Origin: Armatimonadota bacterium
GTDB taxonomy: Bacteria > Armatimonadota > UBA5829 > DSUL01
Reading direction: 5' to 3'
NCBI GenBank assembly: GCA_039811685.1
Contig: JBDHZC010000001.1
Span: forward strand, 96,001 to 160,000
Length of the DNA stretch: 64,000 nt
Shown here: piece after piece, positions 56,956 to 64,000 of the stretch
Position numbering within the stretch: position 1 is the stretch's first letter
Layout of the letters: each line of letters opens with the position of its first letter
The notes under the pieces: model-generated
The model's database searches: none
Told to the model about the DNA's origin: nothing
The model's input: only the letters and a program-made list of their open reading frames with translations
Program-made: the position numbers and the translations under genes

Positions 56956-57211
56956 AAGGAGAAGGTTACCATTTCTTCGAGGCAATTCCTGCCATCCGGC
57001 GTGTCTGGTGGAGCCTAGGAGGCGTTATCTGTTTGACGCTCTGCCCTAACGCCGATCTCGGACAACAGGCCATCCATCTGTTAGCTTCGTGTGGCTGCGC
57101 TGTGGCCCGTGCCCTGTATGCGTGGCAGACGGGTTCCGAGTGAATCAATCGCCTTTGGTATGTCTATAGAAGTATAAATATATTTAGAGAACCTTTACAT
57201 CTGTAGCAGTT

Positions 57212-58642
57212 CTAGCTGCCCATGTTGCCAACTGCGCGGTCTAGCGCAGCGCGGGCTCTGTCCACCTCAGATCTGGCGTTGACCTGGTTCGTCTGTGCCC
57301 TCAAAAGTGACTGTTGGGCGTCTATCACGTCCAGGAAGATACCGACGCCCGCCTTGTAGCGTCCTTCCGCCAGCCGGACCGACTCCTGAGCATTGGCGAC
57401 TTCCGCCTCGGACGTGCTGACTCTCTGCTGCGCGGTCTGATAATTGAGGTAGGCTTGCGACACATCTGCGACCACAGCCTGCCGGGCATTCTTCAGGGCC
57501 GCTTCTGCGGTCTCTATGTTTCCTTGAGATTCTTTCACTCGGCCGGAGGTAAGTCCAGCGTCAAATATGTCCCACTGGACGACGGCGCCGACTGTCAGAT
57601 TACTGGCGTTCGGCGGAAAATCTCGTCCGCGTGAGCTTGTTCCAACGGTAGCGTAGACGCTGGGGCCGGACGCGTAGCGGGCGGCCCCTCTGCTCAGTTG
57701 CGCCGCCTTCAGATTCTCCGCCGTCTGACGAAGTTCGGGCCTTTGCTTCAGAGCCCTGTCTACCAGGTCTGGCAAGGAGCTCATTTCGACGGAGTTCTCA
57801 GAGGTATCGGTTGTCTGAACAGGTGCTCTCGGGTCCAGTCCCATGGCCATAGCGAGTGAAATTTTGGCAGATGTGGCGTTGGACCGCGCGACGGTGAGGT
57901 TCAAAATCGCATCCGACACCGCCGTCTGAGCGCGTACGACATCCAGAGGCAAGCCCAGGCCGCTCTTCAATCGCGCCTGTGCCAGGGCCAATTGCGCCTG
58001 CCTGTTGCGAACGTCTGATTCATTTACCGAGACGATCCGCTCATTTTGCTCAAACGTGTAGAACGCCTCTTTGACGTCAAAGGCTACGTCAGAGGATACG
58101 CGTTGGATATTTGCGTCAGCGGCATTCTCAAGGGCTCGCGCCTGACGTGCGACACTGTGCGTGCGTCCGAAATCCCAGATAAGCTGACGCACGGTTGCGG
58201 AAGCGGTGTATCCCGGGAAACTCGCTCCGGAGCCGGTCGACACTACTCCTCCGCTACTACCGGTGGACGCACCGCCCAATGGGTCCACATGCGTGTATCC
58301 GGCAGAGAGCCCTAGCTTTGGATACAGCGCGCTCCGTGCCTGCCGGGTACGTCCGGATGCTGCGATAAGCCCGCCGCGTGCCTGTTGAACGGCCGGTTGG
58401 TTTGAGAGCGCGATTTGCACGGCTTCCTCTGCGGTGATAGGGTGGTCTGGCGCGACAGCGCCGGCAGCCAGTTCGTCCGTTCCAGCAGGCTCAATTTGAA
58501 TACGGGGGGGCAGGGGAGTCTCCTGGATATTGGGCATTATCGGCGGAGTCTCTTCCGCTATGGCTGGGACACCGAATCCTACCCCGATCAGACAGCAGGC
58601 AGTCACTAGGCAGAGTGCAGGAAAGGAGTGTGATCTAGGCAT
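57212..58642 (-). CDS. TolC-family outer membrane efflux protein
   Basis: Signal peptide, two OEP repeats (LIWDFG, WDIFDAG, RYKAGV..LDV). Confidence 0.92.
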   Translation of the reverse strand: MPRSHSFPALCLVTACCLIGVGFGVPAIAEETPPIMPNIQETPLPPRIQIEPAGTDELAAGAVAPDHPITAEEAVQIALSNQPAVQQARGGLIAASGRTRQARSALYPKLGLSAGYTHVDPLGGASTGSSGGVVSTGSGASFPGYTASATVRQLIWDFGRTHSVARQARALENAADANIQRVSSDVAFDVKEAFYTFEQNERIVSVNESDVRNRQAQLALAQARLKSGLGLPLDVVRAQTAVSDAILNLTVARSNATSAKISLAMAMGLDPRAPVQTTDTSENSVEMSSLPDLVDRALKQRPELRQTAENLKAAQLSRGAARYASGPSVYATVGTSSRGRDFPPNASNLTVGAVVQWDIFDAGLTSGRVKESQGNIETAEAALKNARQAVVADVSQAYLNYQTAQQRVSTSEAEVANAQESVRLAEGRYKAGVGIFLDVIDAQQSLLRAQTNQVNARSEVDRARAALDRAVGNMGS

Positions 58643-58645
58643 AGG

Positions 58646-59119
58646 CTACGGCGCAATCCTGTCGGGAATGTTGTGTGCGGCGGATGTGGTCGGTGTCTGT
58701 GCGACTCCTGTGGCCTCCAGCAACGCGTGGAGGCCGTCCAGCAGTTGCTCTTGCTTTCGGGCAGGCATCCGGCGAAGCGCGCGCTCAACCCGACGCAGGC
58801 GATCCGCGCGTCGCGACTGCATCAGGTTGGCTCCCTTTGTTGTCAGTCGGAGACGTTTGCAGCGCCGATCTGAAGGCTCGGGTGCGCGGCGAACGAGTTC
58901 AGCCTTCTCAAGTCGATCGGTTAGCTGGGTGACGGCGCTCACTGAGATTCCAAGCTCCTCACTGAGCCACGACACTGTTTGAGGCCCGCTTTGTAGAATT
59001 GTGCAAACGCGCAACTGTGCAAGTGGCAGGTCGTGCGCTGGATCAAGCGCAAATAAGCGTCGCATAATCCGGGGTAGAAGTATCTCTACCTGTGCGGCAG
59101 TACTGGTTGGCTCTTTCAC
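58646..59119 (-). CDS. MarR-family transcriptional regulator
   Basis: LSEELGISVSAVTQLTDRLE...DRR..LTTKG; GTGA overlap with RND stop. Confidence 0.92.
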   Translation of the reverse strand: MKEPTSTAAQVEILLPRIMRRLFALDPAHDLPLAQLRVCTILQSGPQTVSWLSEELGISVSAVTQLTDRLEKAELVRRAPEPSDRRCKRLRLTTKGANLMQSRRADRLRRVERALRRMPARKQEQLLDGLHALLEATGVAQTPTTSAAHNIPDRIAP

Positions 59120-62100
59120 AGGACTTCCTGAGGGGTTGTCGGCTCTGTCACAGGCGCGGGAGACAGCTCATCTCCCACAGCTTCTACAGACGGCTCCACT
59201 AGCTCCGGTGGAGCAAGATCGGCCGGTGACTGTCGCAGATTCCGACCCAGGTCATCAAACAGTGTGTAGACGACTGGCACGACGAAGAGCGTTAGAAGCG
59301 TAGATGTGAACAGACCGCCTATCACTGCGGTTGCCATCGGGGCTTGCACTTCACTTCCGTTGCCCAGACCTATCGCCAGAGGCAACATTCCAAAGCCCGC
59401 TGCCAGCGCGGTCATAAGAATAGGGCGCAGACGAGTGGGGCCGGCTGTCAGAACGGCCTCATCGCGCGGCACTCCTCGTCCACGCAGTACATTCGTGTAG
59501 TCCACAAGCAGAATCCCATTCTTAACTACAATGCCCACCAGCATCAAGAGTCCGATGAATGCCGTCAGGCCAAAGCTGCGATCCGTCAGGAACAGCGCCA
59601 GAATGACCCCGATAGCGCAAAGCGGAACAGAGGCCAGCACCGTCAGTGGGTGGATGAATGACTCAAACTGTGATGCCAGCAGCATATAGATCAGCGCAAT
59701 CGCCATCGCTATGGACAGCCACATTCCACTGAACTCGCGGCTGCGCCTTTGCATGTTCGATCCCCAGTCCCAGCGGTAGCCTTCTGGAAGAGTCATGCCA
59801 GAGAGCGCCTTTTGGACGTCCTCCTGAATCTCTCCGCTGGAGCGTCCCTGAGGGGACCCGGTAATTGCGACGTAGCGCTGACGGTTGAGGCGCGTAATCT
59901 CACTTGGACCCATCCCATAGACCGGTCGCGCTACCTGACTCAGAAATATATCTCCGCTCGTATTCTGCCCGGTGGTCGGCCGGATAGCCAGGTTCAGAAG
60001 CTCGGGCACAGTCTTGCGTTTGTTCTCAGGAAGCTGCACAATAATTGGGTATTGAAAACCCTCTTCCTGATAGTAGCTGGCGATGGTTCCGTTGGTAGCG
60101 GTGCCGATAGTGCCCGCAACATCAGAGAAGCTCATTCCGAGCTGTAGAGCCTTCTGGCGGTCCACCTTCCATTGAATCTCTGGAGTAGCCTCCTGCCAGT
60201 TGACGTCCACATTTTCCAACCCAGAAACGTTTCTGACCTTTGCCATCACTTCTCTGGAGAGCCGGGAGAGTGTGGCAATATCGTCACCGAAAATGTCAAC
60301 CTCCACGTTCTCCGGGCCACCTGTCATCATCATCGTCACGATATCGAACTGATTGGGCATGGCTCGGACACCAGGAATACGCCCGAAAGCCTTGCGCATC
60401 CTCTGCATCACCTGTAGAGTGGTGGCGCTGCGGTGTTCCTTCAGCTTGACAGTGGCGGAGCCCTGGAATGGTATCTGTGAGCGCGTCGTGCCTCGCATCG
60501 TTAGCGAAGTGCCAGCCGCTGAGAATACGGTCGCAACATCCGGATCTTTCATCAGGATATTCTCAATCTGCCCGACAGTTTCGTTGGTCTTCTGCAATGA
60601 TGTGCCAACAGGCATCTTGATGTTGACAGAAAAATCTCCGCTGTCCGCCTGTGGCATCATCTCGGTACCAATGTAGGGAAGCAGGAGAAAGCTGGCAGCA
60701 GACAGAATTGCCGCGCCTGCGAGAACACGGTACCTGTGGTGAAGAGCCCAGCTCAGGCCATGCCGATAGCTGGCATCCAGCGCATTGAGCCAGACGCCGC
60801 ACTTTGCGAAAATCTTCTCCAGCCGTGTGCGCTCACCCTCGCCAGCAATCATTTCATGATGCGCCTCTCCCTTGATCACACGCGAAGCCAGCATCGGCAC
60901 GACTGTTGTTGCGTCAAGGAGAGAAACAAGAATTGAAAAGATCACTACCAGCGCGAACTGCGTAAACATCTGTCCCGCCTGGCCCCGAATCAGCATCAGC
61001 GGTAGAAAGACTACGACAATGGTGAACGTGGACGCCACAACGGCCGAGAAAATCTCTGTGGCGCCGCTCACTGCAGCGTCAGGCGCTCTTTTTTTGTCTC
61101 GTTCAATGTGGCGAAAGATGTTCTCCAGCACAACAACCGCATCGTCCACAATCAGGCCGGTCGCCAGCGCAAGGCCCCCGAGAGACATTGTATTCAGCGT
61201 AAACCCACACATGTACAACAGCGCAAACGTGGAGGTGATAGATACCGGTATCGAAAGCGCCACGACCAGTGTGCTGCGCACATTGCGCAGGAAGAACAAC
61301 AGGATCAGCACCGCCAGCACGCCACCGATGACAGCCGCCTCGGTGACTTCGTGGATGGAGTTCTCAATAAACTGAGACTGGTTATAAGCCAGGCCAAACT
61401 TCAACTGGGGATAGAGCTTTTTGACCTGTTCGATTTTGTCGCGAACGGCGTGGGCGGTATCAACGGTATTGGCCTCACTCTGTTTGGTGACAATTAGCCC
61501 GACGGCCGGTTTTCCATTCAGCCGCGTATACAGCCGGGTCTCGCTGGATTCATCTCGCACGTCAGCGACAGAGGAAAGCGGGATCACGCTGCCATTGAAT
61601 GCGCCCACGGGAATGCTGCGCAGTTCATCAATGTTTGTGAACCACCCCAGACTGCGTATGGTATACTCCGTGTTGCCCTGTTTGGCTATCCCTGCGGGCA
61701 CATTGAGGTTCTCCTGCGCAATGCGGCGGGTAACATCAGGCAGCGACAGATGATAGGCCCGGAGGCGGTCTGGATCAACGTTGACGACAACAGCCCGCTC
61801 CTGTCCTCCTGTCACAGCCGCCGAAGCTACCCCACTGGCGGACTCAATGATAGGTGAAACCTGATTGTCAAGCAGTGTACGCAGCTTGATCGGATCGTCA
61901 ATGCCGGAGACGCCATAGATCAAAATCGGCATTGTTGAAGGGTCGTATTTGAAAACGACAGGAGACTCCAGGGTGGGGTCATTCGGGAAGTTCTGGCTGG
62001 CTCTCTGCACGAGCTGCAACACATCTACCGCCGCCTGTCCGATGTCCGTCCCCCACTGGAACTGCACTCGTACGGTGGATGAACCCTGGGAGGTACTCGA

Positions 62101-62343
62101 GCTAACTTCGTAAAGATTCGGCGCTGATGAGACCGCCTGTTCAATTGGGCGAGTAATCTGTGCTTCAATCTCTTCCGGAGCTACGTTTGGCCACGTCACG
62201 TTCACGGCAACTGTCGGCAGAGACACTTTTGGCAGCAGGTCAATGGGCAGTCTCAAGAGACAAATAGCGCCAAGCAGTACAAGCGCTGCGATGCGCATTG
62301 TGACCGCGACTGGCCGGGTAACTGAAAACCTGGCGAGATTCAT
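59116..62343 (-). CDS. RND efflux permease (AcrB/SwrC type)
   Basis: 1075 aa; GLIVDDAVVVLEN, QFES, KNGIL, RLRPILMT. Confidence 0.96.
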   Translation of the reverse strand: MNLARFSVTRPVAVTMRIAALVLLGAICLLRLPIDLLPKVSLPTVAVNVTWPNVAPEEIEAQITRPIEQAVSSAPNLYEVSSSTSQGSSTVRVQFQWGTDIGQAAVDVLQLVQRASQNFPNDPTLESPVVFKYDPSTMPILIYGVSGIDDPIKLRTLLDNQVSPIIESASGVASAAVTGGQERAVVVNVDPDRLRAYHLSLPDVTRRIAQENLNVPAGIAKQGNTEYTIRSLGWFTNIDELRSIPVGAFNGSVIPLSSVADVRDESSETRLYTRLNGKPAVGLIVTKQSEANTVDTAHAVRDKIEQVKKLYPQLKFGLAYNQSQFIENSIHEVTEAAVIGGVLAVLILLFFLRNVRSTLVVALSIPVSITSTFALLYMCGFTLNTMSLGGLALATGLIVDDAVVVLENIFRHIERDKKRAPDAAVSGATEIFSAVVASTFTIVVVFLPLMLIRGQAGQMFTQFALVVIFSILVSLLDATTVVPMLASRVIKGEAHHEMIAGEGERTRLEKIFAKCGVWLNALDASYRHGLSWALHHRYRVLAGAAILSAASFLLLPYIGTEMMPQADSGDFSVNIKMPVGTSLQKTNETVGQIENILMKDPDVATVFSAAGTSLTMRGTTRSQIPFQGSATVKLKEHRSATTLQVMQRMRKAFGRIPGVRAMPNQFDIVTMMMTGGPENVEVDIFGDDIATLSRLSREVMAKVRNVSGLENVDVNWQEATPEIQWKVDRQKALQLGMSFSDVAGTIGTATNGTIASYYQEEGFQYPIIVQLPENKRKTVPELLNLAIRPTTGQNTSGDIFLSQVARPVYGMGPSEITRLNRQRYVAITGSPQGRSSGEIQEDVQKALSGMTLPEGYRWDWGSNMQRRSREFSGMWLSIAMAIALIYMLLASQFESFIHPLTVLASVPLCAIGVILALFLTDRSFGLTAFIGLLMLVGIVVKNGILLVDYTNVLRGRGVPRDEAVLTAGPTRLRPILMTALAAGFGMLPLAIGLGNGSEVQAPMATAVIGGLFTSTLLTLFVVPVVYTLFDDLGRNLRQSPADLAPPELVEPSVEAVGDELSPAPVTEPTTPQEVL

Positions 62344-63983
62344 CTGGAGGCGCCCTCCTGACTGGATTTCCCTGTTGGCCGCTGATTGCCAGTGCGCACT
62401 TTCTGGCCATCCTTCACGGGTTGCGCGCTCAGAACAATCACTCTCTGGCCGGGTTCTAGGCCGTTTGTGATTGCCACATCCGCAGCGTCAGACGCTCCAA
62501 GCGAGACAGTCTGCCCGTGCGCTGTGTCTTCAGCGTCCACCACCATAACGAGACTCCCCGTTTTTGTCTTCTGAATGGCCTCACGCGGCACCACAATGGC
62601 CTTTGGAATACGCTGGGCGGTCATCGTCACTCTGGCAAACATCCCTGGCTTAATGAGATTCCCGGGGTTTTCGATAGCGACGCGCGCAGTAAACTGACGG
62701 CTCATAGGATCTGCGGACGGGTTGAACTGCACCACTTTTCCGGGAAAGTCACGTCCCGGCAGAGCGTCAAGTGAAACCTGAGCAGGCACCCCAGGATACA
62801 CGCTGCGGCTGGCTTCTTCACTGACTGGCACACTGACCCAGAGGGTATTGACAGACTGTACCGACAAAATCGGTTGAGCGGGAGTAGCCATCGCGCCCGG
62901 GTCCATGTAGCGACCCGTCACGTAGCCGTCCAGAGGAGATTTGAGAATCGTATCCGCGCGTTGTGCTCGCGCCGCTGCGACATCAGCCTGAGCCGCCGCC
63001 ACCGCCGCCTGAAGGGCTGCTATGTTTTGAGCGTATGCGGGCGTCTGTGCGGCGTTGGCTTTGGCGTAGTCCAGAGCTGCTTCGGCCTGACTGACTTTTG
63101 CCTTCGCTGCCTCCACATCAGCCTGCGCTTTGGTTCGCGTGATCTGAAGCTGCTTTTCCGTTGCGCGTTGCTGAGCCTGCGCTGCGTCTCGCTGAGCCAC
63201 AGCCGCTTTGCGCTGTTCTGCCGCGACGTCCACCGCGCCTTGTTGGACGCTGAGAGTCGTCTTGGCGTCGTCCACATCCTGAGCGGCGACAAAACCCTGC
63301 TTATACAGATCTGTAATGCGGGTCAGTCTGGAAGTGGCGTTTGCAAGATTTGCCTTCGCGCTGTTGACTACTGCGTCAGCACTGGCGATGGCCGCCTGAG
63401 CAGCGCTGACTTTGCCTTCAGCCTCCGTCACCGCCGCAGTCGCAGCCGCAATCTGAGAGCTTAGATTCTTGGACGCCTGGTTGTAGTCCGCCTGCGCGCT
63501 GTTGAGCGCGGCAGCCTGCTGGCGGATGTTAGTAGTCACTCCTGTATTTGTGGGGTTCTGATTGATTTTTGCCTGAGCCAGTCTTGACTGCGCTTCAGCC
63601 AGAGCCGCCATTTTCTGTCTGAGCATGGCTTCAATTTCGGTGGGATCAATTCTTGCCAGAACCTGACCGGCTTTGACGCGGTCACCTTCGCGCACTTGCA
63701 GGTAGTCAAGACGTCCTGAGACTTTGGAGGCGATCTTGACATTCAGCTTGGATTCCACATTTCCCACGCCTTCGAACGTCTGGACGACGTCTTTGACGCG
63801 AACGGGCGCGACAGTGACCAGGGGAGCCATAGAACGCCGCAGCGCCATCATTTCCGCCTGCTGCGCCGCATCTCCAGCTTTCAGCTTGAGACGCCAGCCG
63901 ATGAGGAGAAGAAGCACGATCACCGGCAATGCAACCACCAGCCACCGGCGGTTGTCGCGCTCGGAATGAGAAGATTTGTTCAT
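62340..63983 (-). CDS. RND periplasmic adaptor (MFP) with long coiled coil
   Basis: TM anchor, VREGDRVKAGQVL, Ala/Gln-rich hairpin, SPLDG, KPGMF, GLEPG. Confidence 0.93.
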   Translation of the reverse strand: MNKSSHSERDNRRWLVVALPVIVLLLLIGWRLKLKAGDAAQQAEMMALRRSMAPLVTVAPVRVKDVVQTFEGVGNVESKLNVKIASKVSGRLDYLQVREGDRVKAGQVLARIDPTEIEAMLRQKMAALAEAQSRLAQAKINQNPTNTGVTTNIRQQAAALNSAQADYNQASKNLSSQIAAATAAVTEAEGKVSAAQAAIASADAVVNSAKANLANATSRLTRITDLYKQGFVAAQDVDDAKTTLSVQQGAVDVAAEQRKAAVAQRDAAQAQQRATEKQLQITRTKAQADVEAAKAKVSQAEAALDYAKANAAQTPAYAQNIAALQAAVAAAQADVAAARAQRADTILKSPLDGYVTGRYMDPGAMATPAQPILSVQSVNTLWVSVPVSEEASRSVYPGVPAQVSLDALPGRDFPGKVVQFNPSADPMSRQFTARVAIENPGNLIKPGMFARVTMTAQRIPKAIVVPREAIQKTKTGSLVMVVDAEDTAHGQTVSLGASDAADVAITNGLEPGQRVIVLSAQPVKDGQKVRTGNQRPTGKSSQEGASR

Positions 63984-64000
63984 CTTGATAGTTAATATAT

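Noticed and set aside
57160..57190. Possible dif site
   Set aside because: No match to the XerD arm (TTATGTTAAA) by eye.
1..64000. CRISPR arrays, IS elements, prophage or defence genes
   Set aside because: No spaced repeat array, transposase, integrase or phage-like ORF seen.

Overview
A gene-dense, GC-rich bacterial chromosomal segment with about 55 CDS and one tRNA-Leu(UAA). I saw no CRISPR array, integrase, transposase or prophage gene. The DUF1559-type prepilin protein, many sugar enzymes, TolC and RRM protein suggest a diderm organism, possibly Armatimonadota (inference). Main blocks: heparinase II/III-like + GH127 glycan genes; a complete hdrCBA-flxDCBA flavin-bifurcation cluster; a sugar ABC operon with an uncharacterised GH-like gene; metG; mutY-mutT; an amino-sugar kinase/SIS/ROK operon; a GH39-like enzyme; a 62-aa Cys protein behind a structured leader; gatCAB...gpsA; an OmpR-type two-component pair; a PrsA-like foldase; rsmI; TPR proteins; an orphan RbsA-like ATPase; VanW; a TMTC-like GT-C; an orphan AlaDH/PntA-family enzyme; an RRM protein; an SGNH hydrolase; and an RND-MarR-TolC operon. 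The most unexplained signals are in intergenic DNA: structured leaders (18.2, 29.9, 50.1 and 55.5 kb) and palindromes lying on promoter hexamers (13.3 and 37.1 kb). All calls come from reading motifs by eye; no searches were run.
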